From assembly GCA_030704615.1 (NCBI GenBank), contig CM060731.1, positions 5,890,001 to 5,954,000 of the forward strand: a DNA stretch of 64,000 nt, written 5' to 3'. The notes beneath the pieces are model-generated. The model ran no database searches, was not told where the DNA came from, and saw nothing but the letters and a program-made list of their open reading frames with translations. The translations under genes and the position numbers were made by a program. The DNA is from Takakia lepidozioides (taxonomy: Eukaryota; Plantae; Bryophyta). Every line of letters begins with the position of its first letter. Positions within the stretch are counted from its first letter, which is position 1. This document shows positions 1-11,294 of the stretch, piece after piece.

Positions 1-1800
1 CGAAGCGCTTCGCCAGGAGGAGTGATATTGCATCTGTGTCCAGGTTCGTGTTCGGCAAGTCCGTATTGGACTCCTACGCACCCGCTCCAAGGACACAAAC
101 AATGGTGAGGGACCAATGGAAAGGTCCGTAATAGAAGACAATTGCACGAAAATGACAGCATCATACCTCTCGCATGTACTGTCCGAGATGTCGATACCGG
201 AAATGCCACCATCCCAACCAGCTGTGCAAGGCTCCCAGATTGGTTGTCTCCACTACACCTGACGTGTTCCACCAAGCCTCGATGATAGCAAACTTAACCT
301 CCGCGTCATCAAATGTGGTGCATCCTTCCACGTCGTACAAAGGACACGGTGTTCAGCCTGGAATGAGCTAGCAACAAATTTGATAGTGTAGTGAGATAGA
401 CTCTGCATCCAATGGATCCACAGGATCTCTCTTTCCCCTCCAGTGGAACATTGGGGTCCTCACCATACACACGCGGCACCGCGTCCAGTTGGCCTGAGCG
501 TTGTCTACCATGAATCCCCTGAAATTGGGCTCTGGCAATCCCGCCCTTGCCATCTGCTCGTTTATGCCCTCCCACAAATGCATCTCCGACTGTGTGTCCT
601 CCCTTTTCATCTCACAGATTGCAATCGTCATGAGCCTCTTGGAGTGATAGTCATAAACATGCGCCCCATAGTCACCTACTGATGGTTTGTAATTCGCTTG
701 ATGTGATCAAACATCACCCAAGCATTCGACAAGTTTCCAGTTGTCATACATACAAGTGACCAAGTCGACTCCACTCCCAGGCCCACACGTCGACATTTTG
801 AAAATGTAACAACGATCGGATTCGCTGCCTTGCCCTGGAACCTGCTACCTTGGATGTAGTCATATCCAGTCATTCGTTTCACCTCCAGGATTGAGTGCAT
901 GTCCGACCCCCGCCGAACCCCGCTTGCAAGATACGATGTGATTCCACACATTCGACTACAAACGTGCGAGACACGGACTCCAACAGGTCAAGCATCTCCT
1001 CTTCGTTCAAGGGCACTTGGTCTGAACCATCTTCAGACATGATTTTGCCAAGAGCAATCTTGGGGCTGCCTTCAACTGAATCTGCTTTGTCTGGCTCCGG
1101 GCTCAATTTCACCTCCTCTTTTATGATGTCGTGTGCTTCCTACACAGCCTCCCGCATGTTGTCTCTCGCCAAGGGGTGGCAGTGGACCCCAACGTGTATG
1201 CAAGCTCTAGTCAAGTCCGGGAGCAAATGGATTACGTATATATTGGCTCTGCTCTGCACTGGACATGCACGTCGGTGGTTCTTTGCAATGTGCGCACTTG
1301 AAGTACCGCCGGAGCTTGTTGGAGACAATGAATGGATGATGGTTTGTGCCAGTCCAATCCGTCTCGTTTCTTTTCTCCGTCCTCCTTTGGAGAGAAAGTG
1401 GAAGCAGGCGGGATTGAGGCAACCTCAGCTTCCCCGCACAGAGGACGTATCGTACACGAACACCATCAGCAATTTTCGTGCTACTCTGGTCTTCGTCACA
1501 CACACAGGGGTGTCCGTCATGCTTTCGATCCATGTCTGTTAACATCCCTGAGGCTTTGTTTGAGGAAGTAACACGTGGAAACTCGAAGATGACATTGCCA
1601 TCGACTTTGGGAGGCAGATACGTTACCTTCCTGACTGGAAATTTGGCATAGTCAAGAGTACCAGCTCGGAGTGAGAACCATCGAGGTGATGTTGCCGTAG
1701 GAGCTGCACAATGGACCAGGTTGGAGTTATGCTCGAGGGTACATGCGTACACTTGCAGAGACGTCATGTCGGATTTGAACGACCGTGTGGAGGACATGGG
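1..1800 (-). pseudogene. Mutator-like (MULE) DDE transposase, frameshifted, continues off the window
   Basis: Fragments read KRNETDWTG, KCAHCKEPP, RACIHVGVHCHP, GSDMHSILEVKR, WVMFDHIKRITNH, FRGFMVDNAQANW, KERSCG, and DLPNTNL..HSSWRSAS after an intron. They are collinear with the less damaged copy at 41945-44661. Confidence 0.85.
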
Positions 1801-2627
1801 GACCTCAATGCACCCATCTTCCTCGTCGGAATGTCGAATACGTCCACACGAGAACTATGGAGGGTCTTGACGGTCCAGGTCGGGAATGATTATCGTTGCA
1901 TACCTCTCTGTTGGTAGTGGCCGCCTGTCGGTTTCCGGACTCCTTTGCGGATGGTGTGGGCAGCGACTGATTCGGAAAGGGAATAGGCATTCCCACACTC
2001 GGTACAGGATGGTGGTCTGATGGGGTACGTGCCATTCGATTCCGCAACCTCCGTCGACCTAGCCGACAATGGTCTCGTCAACCTGTCCAGGAACATCCTT
2101 CCTTTCTTCTTCCAAATAAACTGTGCCCGGTTTGAGCTTGAATTTGGAACAAAGGTAAGTTTCAGTAACTCTGCAAAGTCCTCCATCGTTTGGGATCCAG
2201 GCTCTCCCAAGTTGCGGAGGACAGCAACTATGCGTAGGAATTCGGAGCATCGAAGACCGCACGAAGTTCGCAAGTGCGAGGTTCAGTATAGCGACAGACC
2301 AAGGCTCACAGGCACCATCTAAGTGGATCTGTGGAGTCCATCGACGATTGGAAGTCGCACATTGAAGTGGAAAGTATTGTTTCAAAGCTACAGCTACATG
2401 CAAGGTGGGAGGTGTGATTCCATAGCCAGTAAGTAAACAATGATGGCCGATTCGGCGACGAATACAACTCTCTGACAGTTTCTCCTGAGGGTGGATCCAA
2501 CAGTATTCTCGGTGTAGACATGAACGTTCGCACTGACAAGTGCCAGGACTGTTAGTTAAAACGGTCAGACAACCAAGTTGTGCTCATTAAGACAAGCCGC
2601 AATTGAGTTGTTTCGGAACAATGCAAC

Positions 2628-3830
2628 GCATTGAGGTTCCGCATTTCCGTCCGGAGTGATACTTTTGATTGCTGTTGGACGGAAATACGGCGCCGCATTT
2701 CCGTTTTGCATCTTAGAGTCATGCACCAGTGCACCAGTGCGACGGAAATGCAGCACCGAGTTTTCTGTCCGGGAAACCTTTATACTTTCCAGAACGGAAA
2801 TGCGGTCCGCTTTCCATCCAACAAGCATGGTATGTGAAGGTGGAACGGAATGCGGTACCGCATTTCCGTTCTCATTGAATCATAAACCAACGGGAACTGA
2901 AATGCGGCACCGCATTTCCATCCAGTCGCACTTTCGACACACCAGAACGGAAATGCGGCACCGCATTTCCGTTTTGTATCAGAGGCATGGAGCTGAGGGA
3001 TAGAAATGTTGCACCGCATTTCCGTCCGAGTCGCACCTTCCGCATAATACCGGAACGGATGCGGCGCCGCATTTCCGTTTTGTAACTGAGGCATGGAGCC
3101 GAGGGACGGAAATGCTGCACCGCATTTCCGACCGGTTGAGACCTTCATACTCTCCAGAACGGAAATGCGGTACCGCATTCCGTGTGATTGAGAATTATGA
3201 ACAACGGGAACTGAAATGCGGCACCGCATTTCCGTCCGAGTCGCACCTTCCGACATACCAGAACGGAAATGCGGCGCCGCATTTCCGTTTTGTATATGAG
3301 GCATGGAGCGGAGGGACGGAAATTTTGCACCGCATTTCCGTCCAGTTGAGACCTTCATACTCTCCAGAACGGAAATGCGGTACCGCATTTCCGTTCTGAC
3401 TGAAATCGTGAACCATCGGACTGAAATGCGGCACCGCATTTCCGTCCGAGTTGCACCTTCCGACATTCCAGAACGGAAATGCGGCGCCGCATTTCCGTTT
3501 TGTATATGAGGCATGGAGCTGTGGGACGGAAATGCGGCACCGTATTTCCGTCCAGGTGAACACCCCCCACCTCATCTTGCCCGAACGAAATGCGGCACGA
3601 CATTTTTCGTTCATCAACTAAGGTAGTGAAGGTGGAACGGAAATGCGGTATACTCTTACTGCATTTCCGTTCAGATTGAAAATCATGAACCACGGGAACT
3701 GAAATGCGGCGCCGCATTTCCGTCTGAATCGCACCTTCCGACATTCCAGAACGGAAATGCGGCACCGCATTTCCGTTCAACAACTAAGGTTTGTGAAGTG
3801 GAACGGAATGCGGCGCCGCATTTGCATTTT
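2628..3830. repeat. Array of about 23 copies of the 22-26 bp palindrome (AC)GGAAATGCGG-YR-CCGCATTTCC(GT); 52-53 bp period, 210 bp higher-order unit
   Basis: Copy starts include 2796, 2847, 2898, 2949, 3002, 3056, 3108, 3161, 3212, 3265, 3318, 3371, 3422, 3475, 3528. Spacers recur every fourth unit (3108/3318/3528; 3161/3371; 3265/3475). Confidence 0.95.
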
Positions 3831-4449
3831 CACTCACTCATCAACGCTGGGACGGAATGCTTGAAATGTGAACAGGTGGAGCAACGGAATTGCGGCACAT
3901 GTCTGCACTTTCTCTGACTGAAGTGGCACGCGGCGGCGCGCCTGACTGTGGTAATGATGTTTGTTTTTTCGGACGGCAGCCGTACCCTTAACGAATTCGC
4001 ATTTCGAATAGAACGCAAAGTCACGAGGAGACGACTTTTCCGTCCAAGAATTCGAACCCAAGTGTGCATCACCGCCGTTTTCATCTCTTTCGTCGTCTGT
4101 CTGCTTCAGTCACCCCTCTCTCCCTTGGCATCTGCATCTTCCGTCCCTTTTCCCTGTCTCTGTTCTTCTTATGCTCGAACCTGAGAGGGAGGGAGTGAGT
4201 GCACCAAAGAAGAGACATCGTCGCAAGCTCCGAAAATTGTACTTCAGACGTAGGCCAATGCCGAAGGGGAGGAAGCAGATGCGTCTACAGGAGGAGATTG
4301 CCATTTCGCAGCATCAGGCCACGCAGGCAACCCAGCCACCAGTGAGAGCTCCGTGCTATCGGGATTCGCCAGCTGATCGAGCACCGAAACCCGCCTCATT
4401 TTTCTTCTGCAATTCTTAGACTGTATGCTAGGAGACTTGAATGTAGAAG

Positions 4450-6844
4450 ATGTTTGCATGCCTAACCGGAAAGGTGGACGTGCTGGAGGGATCGCAGGAA
4501 TCCAAAGAGCTAGCTGCAGCACGCACACCCAGCCGATCCACGAGCACGGGTCTTCCTGCCGGGCCTAGCCCTGTGCGTTTCAAGGACGCGGCTTTGAAGG
4601 GCAAGTCTTTGCAGTTCAAAGCCCCAGAGAGCGACTCGCGTTCGAAGGTCATGGAGAATCGCCAGCAGGGGTCTAGCCCTTCTCCAGCAAAGACGGAGAA
4701 GAAGCAGCCCGTCCTTCAACTTGTTTCTGAACCGGACCAGGCCGTTTCCCCCCCACCCAGGCGAATGAAGCAGATTCAATTGCAGCAGACACCTTCACCT
4801 GCAAGAATGAGGAAACAGAAGACACTCAGGGGGAGGGCGGTGCAGTCTCCCGCAAAACCAATTCCACGAACTGAAGCCCAGTTCTTGCTTGATTTCCAGC
4901 ATGGTGATGTTGGGGGCGTCTCTGCTGTAGCGAAAGCAATGGGATCGACCAATTTCGTCGATCTGGTAGCACCTTCTCAACATTCGCAGCAAGACCTGAC
5001 CACCATTGAGGAAGATCTTCAGAATACTGCAGGCCCGGAGGAGGCCTCTGCAATTGCAGAATTGCCCGCAAAGATTCCCCAGAGTGCAGCTCCAGCTGCT
5101 CAGCCCCTACCGCCACCAGCAGAAATGTCTCCGGATGAATTCCAAAGTGCAGCGGATACAATGTTGGAGGAGACACACAATAGCATTGGCAGAGTTCTGG
5201 GCAGCATGGTATTCCAGCGGACTCTTCGAATCCCACTCTGTCGCATGGTCTCCCTTCCTATCGTCAAGCATGCACTTCCCGGGGATGTGGATAAGCTCAA
5301 GTTCGCATTTCGAGAAGGGTACCGTCTAGGTTCGCCAGCCTTCTACATTTCCCTTGAGAATGAGGACGGCGAATCTCGTGGACCCACTGCGGATGAATTG
5401 TCAACATGGGATACCCACTGGCACACTCGCAACGACGAATTCGAGACAACGCTGAAGGGTGATCCAGACTTCGGCCATATGTCGGGTTAAATGTTCTTTG
5501 TGTGGGACGGGAATCACCGACTTCTTGCCTGGTGGGAGTACATCAAGCAGAACCATGCCAAGCACATTGGCTGGCATTACATGGTGGAGTGTGTCATCCT
5601 CAAGGTGAAGGCGGCAAACTCCTCCCTGCTCAAGAATGCCATGGCGGACCTCAACTCGTAAGATACTCATACCCTCCCAAGCACGTTCGAAATGCGGTGC
5701 CGCATTTCGGTTTCCAATCTGTTTTGTTTCCGTGCTTCCGTGGACTGAACTGGAGAGTGTGCCTTGCAGGGTCACTGAAAAATGCGTACGTGCATACCCA
5801 CATGGCACATATGCTGTACAGGGTGAGGAAAACTGGTCTCACTGATCCGCACATGTTTGCGGAAATGCTGGAGCCCGAGCTCATTCAGAAAGCCGTGGCA
5901 AAAACTGACCGGACATGGTATCGTCTCACTATGGATGGAATGGTGGAGGTGATATACGAAGTAAGTCGTCTCTCCCCATTTCCCTCTGCTCATCCTTCCC
6001 CAATTTTCAGTAATCTTTCCACATGAATAGAATGTAACGCTTTTGCATGTTTTTGTTGGCAGTCAAACATCAAGCTGATTTGGCCCATGCCAAACGCTTC
6101 TTCATGGAAAGTGAGGGGCAGGTCAAAACGTTGCAGTCATTGACTGAGCACTTGAAGGAAGCCGGGGTCAAGTCCAGAACGAAATACAAGTCAAAGCTTG
6201 TGAAGCTGGTGGCCATTGCAGATCCGGCACTTGGAAAGGACTTCATCCCCGAGATTGCAAAACACTATTCTCGGGCCGTGCAGCCGACCATGCAGTTGGA
6301 GAAACTGCATCACCTCTCAACGGCATGTGTTGAGGGTGAAAGAGAAGGTGAGGTTTCAATGCACTGAAGCTCATTCCTAGCAATAACCACTCTTCTTCCT
6401 GCTCCTGACATTGGATCGGAAATGGCAGACACGGTGGCTGTCGATCTGGAATGCATCGGAGAGTATAAGGACAATGTGGTCTTTTCCACTCAAAGTTTCC
6501 GACCCTGCAGTGGATGTGTGGCTCAACCGCATGATTTGGTGGTTCCAGGTAATTCAAGGTACTTCCCCAGATTTGCTTTTCTGAAATGAATTCCCTGAAC
6601 TGCTACGTGACAATGCATGTGGGAATCGCAGGTAATGACGAATGCGAAGGAGCAAGTCGTAATGCATACAAATTCGTTCGGCTTGCACGTCAAATGGGAT
6701 GGAACACAGACATTGGAAGACTACGTGACACGTTTCAGATGTGCGTACAAGGACAACCTCTTCACCAGGGAGCTGCAGACAGCAAGAAGGAGCGTGGATT
6801 TTACACATCAGGAGGGAGCGGGAAAAGCTGCAATGCGAATTGTT
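4450..6844 (+). pseudogene. 5' half of a multi-exon gene: disordered N-terminus plus ParB/Sulfiredoxin-like domain
   Basis: The 346-aa ORF continues in frame past one TAA (5488-5490) into MFFVWDGNHRLLAWWEYI...VECVILKV...AMADLN. DGNHR (5506-5520) matches the ParB-N DGxHR motif. GT-AG introns at 5658-5769, 5961-6062 and about 6353-6631. Interrupted by an LTR element after ...KAAMRIV. Confidence 0.7.
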
Positions 6845-7551
6845 CACTTCGGTAAGCTCTCTCCTCAAGTCATAGTTACTCGCTTGATGCGCGCGCCTAA
6901 CTCCCAACCTGGCCGCCGGGCCAACTTGGAGCTTCGGCTGCTCACCGGGGCATAATGGTCCCCCTTTGATCTCCCAAAGAACCCTCCAACGATTTGGAAC
7001 CAGCGGAATTCCCTTTGGTAGTTGGCAGTCCGGAACAGCTCCCCACTCTTTGGTCGCTTTCCGACTCGCTCGCTTACTCACTAGTTTTTGGTCACCAATG
7101 GGCTTGCACCATTTCTCGGGTTACTACTCCCTATATATACTTCTGTAGCTGTCCGCGGGGGTTTCACAACCAACCATGCCATTTTATGGCGAACCACCAC
7201 GAACACCCTCGACTCCCGGTGATGAGTCGCGGTGAGTCTTGGCCCACCCACCACGGCCCCTATGGACCGTGATGAGTCCCAAGACTCCCACGACTCTCAC
7301 CACGAGGTCTCCCCCCAGGATGAGTCCTATGCCACCCCCACTAAGTCCCGCTAAGCTACCACCACCCCTTGTGGAGCCACCCCCACCGCAACCCGTGTGC
7401 GGGGCTCCACCTAGTGAGCGTCTCCGCCTCCTTGAGTGCTTGGGCACTCAAGGGTGCTTCAGCCCCCCATACCTATCGCTGCCACTGCCCCACCACAGGG
7501 GCAACCCCTCTGTGTCCCGGCCCCCTGCCCTCAAGGCAAAGGGCTGCGACA
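6844..7551 (-). repeat. 3' LTR (terminal bases and left TSD missing)
   Basis: Near-identical to 10566-11294, but begins TCACTTCGG instead of TGTCACGCACCTCACTTCGG. Confidence 0.9.
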
Positions 7552-8459
7552 CACACCCCCTACCAACAGGGAGTCGATGTCCTCATCGGCTTGTCCATTT
7601 TGTGAAACAAACATCCAAGTTGTGGCGTCCCACATCAAGGAGTTTGTTTCCGTACCATGGCGTCCCATGGCAAAGAACCAAACCCCACACTTGACTCTAC
7701 TCTCTACTAGCTAGTTCGGCCGACTTCCTCCAAGTCCCGGCCAAGGGTGGAGCCTCTCAAGCTCCTCCCAGTGCACTCTTCTTGGCCTACTTCAAGGCCA
7801 AGGACGATCATCCCCGAGGATCGAATCGCCTTACTGCAACAACATTGCTTGCGACCGCTCATGATGCCGCTTTTGGCATTATCTTGAGCAAGGGTTCACC
7901 TCGAACCCTCTTTGACTAGGAAGATAACCTTGAACCAACCGCGCACCCCAATCAATTACTACAATTGGGTCCGCCTTGGAATGCTGGCCTGAGGTACGGG
8001 AAACACGCCGAAGCCGCACTACGACTTCGTCCCGAGGCTACACGATTATAGTACGTGAACGGAAGCAAGTAGCTTCCGCGTTAGCCCGCACTACAAAGCA
8101 ACCCCCTCGGTAGCGCAGTTATAGTATGCGCACGCGCCAGGTGCGCACTAGCACGTGAACTCCTAAAGAAGGCGCAAGTTTCTTGCCCCTTGGATGGGAG
8201 TCACCCGATTTCGGCACTGCGCAAACACACGATTAACCCAATTTACCTCTCCCACTTTTGTAAGCTAGCATGCATTCTACACACTAGCCAACCACACCAT
8301 GCATCACCATTCCAAACAAAATAGGAAGCACAACATTTGGAACCCATTTCCTTTATAACAATTTTTGTACAATACAAGTTTTTGCTATCGGATTCCTAAG
8401 CTAGCTAAGCCGGGCTAAGCATGCATTTCCTCCCCCACGCTCCAAGGTTGATGTCCCCA

Positions 8460-10407
8460 TCAACGCTTCTTCCGCTTTTGAGGTCGCCCTTCGAAAACTG
8501 CAACCGCCTCGGATGTGTTTCCTATTTCTGAGGCACGCACCCAAGATGCCTCCACATGATGATAGCCTTTCCATTTGACGAGATACTCTGTTTCTTGGTT
8601 CTTGAACCTCCTCGACTTAAGTACTGCCTCCACCTCGTACTCAGGTTCATTTTCATGATCCAACAGCACAGGTGGCGGACGGCAACACTTGATGCCGATT
8701 CGGACGCGCTTCATCTTTGAAGTAAGGCTTCAAAAGGGAGACGTGGAATACTGGATGCACCTTGTTGTTTGCCGGCAGCTCCAATTCATGCACATCCTCA
8801 TTCATAACTTTCCGGAAGCGAAAGGGTCCCGCATACGGAGGTGCGAACTTTGGACTCACTTCCGGAGGTAGTCGAAAATTCTTGATGTTCAACCAGACCT
8901 CCGTGCCTGCCTCAAACTTCACTTCCCTCCACTTCCGATTCGCCTGCGACCTCGCCACCATTCCCACATGGGAGCGTGACTACTCTCTTGCAACCATCTA
9001 TGACCGCTCCGGATTTGCTCAAAAAGGTCATCCCCAAAATGAGATCCACTCCATCGATCTCGCAGATGGTGAAGTTCTCACGTCCCTCCCAACTCCCCAG
9101 TTGAAGAGGAACATCAAACGCCAACCTTGTCGCCAATTGTGGTTCTCCTTTGGCAGAATGCACCTCAATAGAGGCCCCCACGTCACTTGTCGGGAGTCCC
9201 AGCTTTTGTGCCGTTGCCGGTGTCATGAAGGAGTGCGACGCTCCTGTGTCCACCAACAACGACACGTTAGTTCCGGATATTATCCCATCCACGAACAATA
9301 ACTGACTCCCTTTACGTAAGGCGCCAATTTCCTGATACAACTCACAAGAAAATTTGCCTACCTTGCAAGTCCTGGCGACCACCGCTTCCACCAAGCGACT
9401 GATGGTATCTTCCGACAGCTCTGTGGTCGCCCGAGTCATGTTCAATTGTTGGGGCTTCATGCACTTCTTGGCCATGTGCCCGGGCCTCCCCGCAATTGAA
9501 ACACACTCCATCAAAGGTCGCCTTTATCCGCCATAGCCGCTCCACCCGCTTTTCTTTTCGAAGTACCGGGTGCCGCCTTGACTTGTGAAGGCCCTCCCTT
9601 CGATTTCCACGTGCCATTGTCGCCCGCGTGGCCTATCCCACTTTTTTCCGGTCGGAAGGAGTCACCTTCCCGCCGGGTCTTCTTGTGGTTCAACTCCGTA
9701 CGGCCTTGTCTTTCACCCTTAGGGACATCCGAGAAATAGTCAGCCCTCTCAATTGCCTCGTTCAAAGTCTTAGGTGGCCTCTCCTCCAACTTCCGCCTGG
9801 CCCATGGGCCAGTCCCGCCACAAAGTTGAAGACCATTTCTGTTCTGCCATGTCCGCGACTTCGAGCAACAGCACATTGAAAGCCTGGACATATCCTGAAT
9901 GTCATGTTTTTGCTTCAAATTCTTCATCTTGTCCCGGGCGAGCCAGGACGCGTTGGGCACAAACTGCCTCTTCATGAATTCCTTGAACCCACTCCAGTTC
10001 AAGTTTCCGGGCTTGGACCTCGGTCGTGAAGGCGTTTCTGCCACCATTGTTGAGCATAGCCCTCAAATAGGTGGAGCCACTTCCACCCGATCCTCGTCAC
10101 TCAACTTGGCCGCCCGGAAGTACTGCTCTAGCTCCAAGAGCCAGGTGTTGAGTGCCTTCCGATTTCGGATGCCCTCGAAGGTGCCGGGTTCCTTAGGCTT
10201 CACCTTAAACTTTGCCTTAGTGGAAGTGGCATTAGCCGCCTTCGACACGTCTTTCAACGTCCCGCCAAATTGCGCCAACAACCCTTCCCAAAGGGCTGCC
10301 AACATGGGAGGCATCTGTTGGTCGGTCGGAGCTCTCAGGGATTCCTCAGGCTCCGACTCCTCAGATTCCTCCTGCTCTTGAGCGGCCTCGTTTTCGGAAA
10401 CATGCAT
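8460..10407 (-). pseudogene. gag-protease fused by deletion to the integrase C-terminus/chromodomain
   Basis: ORF pieces KVKPKEPGTFEG, CFNCGE, LLVDTGASHSFM and EYEVEAVLKSRRFKNQETEYLVKWKGY; several frameshifts. Confidence 0.9.
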
Positions 10408-10565
10408 TGCTTCCTCAAACGGCCGCCCCTCGGTGACACGTCGCCCCCATCGGGCTCACCAGGATCATCATCTTTTGGGCCATTCCGCTTTCGCATTGGC
10501 TCGACCCCATGATGAGGCCAATCCCAAGGATGATCGCATACTGAACTCTAAGCTCTGATACCAAG

Positions 10566-11294
10566 TGTCACGCACCTCACTTCGGTAAGCTCCCCCCTCA
10601 AGTCATAGTTACTCGCTTGATGCGCGTGCCTAACTCCCAACCTGGCCACCGGGCCAACTTGGAGCTTCGGCTGCTCACCGGGGCAAAAGGGTTCCCTTTT
10701 GATCTCCCAAAGAACCCTCCAAGGATTTGGAACCAGCGGAATTCCCTTTGTAGTTGGCAGTCCGGAACAGCTCCCCACTCTTTGGTCGCTTTCCGGCTCG
10801 CTCGCTTACTCACTAGTTTTTGGTCACCAACGGGCTTGCACCGTTCTCAGGGTTACTACTCCCTATATATACTTCTGTAGCTGTCTGCGGGGGTTTCATA
10901 ACCAACCATGCCATTTTATGGCGAACCACCACGAACACCCTCGACTCCCAGTGATGAGTCGCGGTGAGTCTTGGCCCACCCACCACGGCCCCTATGGACC
11001 GTGATGAGTCCCAAGACTCCCCACGACTCACCACGAGGTCTCCGCCCCAGGGTGAGTCCTATGCCACCCCCACTAAGTCCCGCTAAGCTACCACCACCCC
11101 TTGTGGAGCCACCCCCACCGCAACCCGGTGTGTGCGGGCTCCACCTAGTGAGCGCCTCCGCCTCCGCCTCCTTGAGTGCTTTGGGCACTCAAGGGTGCTT
11201 CAGCCCCCCCATACCTATCGCTGCCACTGCCCCCACCACAGGGCAGCCCCTCTTGTGTCCCGACCCCCTGCCCTCAAGGCAAAGGGCCGCGACA
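10566..11294 (-). repeat. 5' LTR
   Basis: TGTCACG...CGCGACA termini; adjacent to the PBS. Confidence 0.93.

Larger units (their letters stand above)
6844..11294 (-). mobile_element. Ty3/gypsy chromovirus LTR retrotransposon, internally deleted (no RT, RNase H or integrase core)
   Basis: LTRs at 6844-7551 and 10566-11294. tRNA-Met PBS (TGGTATCAGAGC, reverse complement at 10552-10563). PPT next to 7552. Encodes gag, a CCHC knuckle, protease (LVDTGASHSF) and a chromodomain. Deletion junction at 8947/8948 relative to the copy at 56627-63426. Confidence 0.95.

Noticed and set aside
2552-3783. Overlapping ORFs rich in TEMRHRIS / RKCGAAFP / NGNAAPHF (also 13761-14867 and 46045-46538)
   Set aside because: These are translations of the palindromic repeat in all six frames, not genes.
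2628-3830. CRISPR array (palindromic repeats of about 24 bp with spacers of about 28 bp)
   Set aside because: Spacers are not unique (they recur every fourth unit), repeats are degenerate and also occur singly in introns, there are no cas genes, and the context is eukaryotic.
7184-7714. Pro-rich/Gly-rich ORFs within the LTRs (also about 10900-11300, 56500-57000 and 62540-63260)
   Set aside because: They derive from GC-rich LTR sequence and their frames are not conserved among the four LTR copies.
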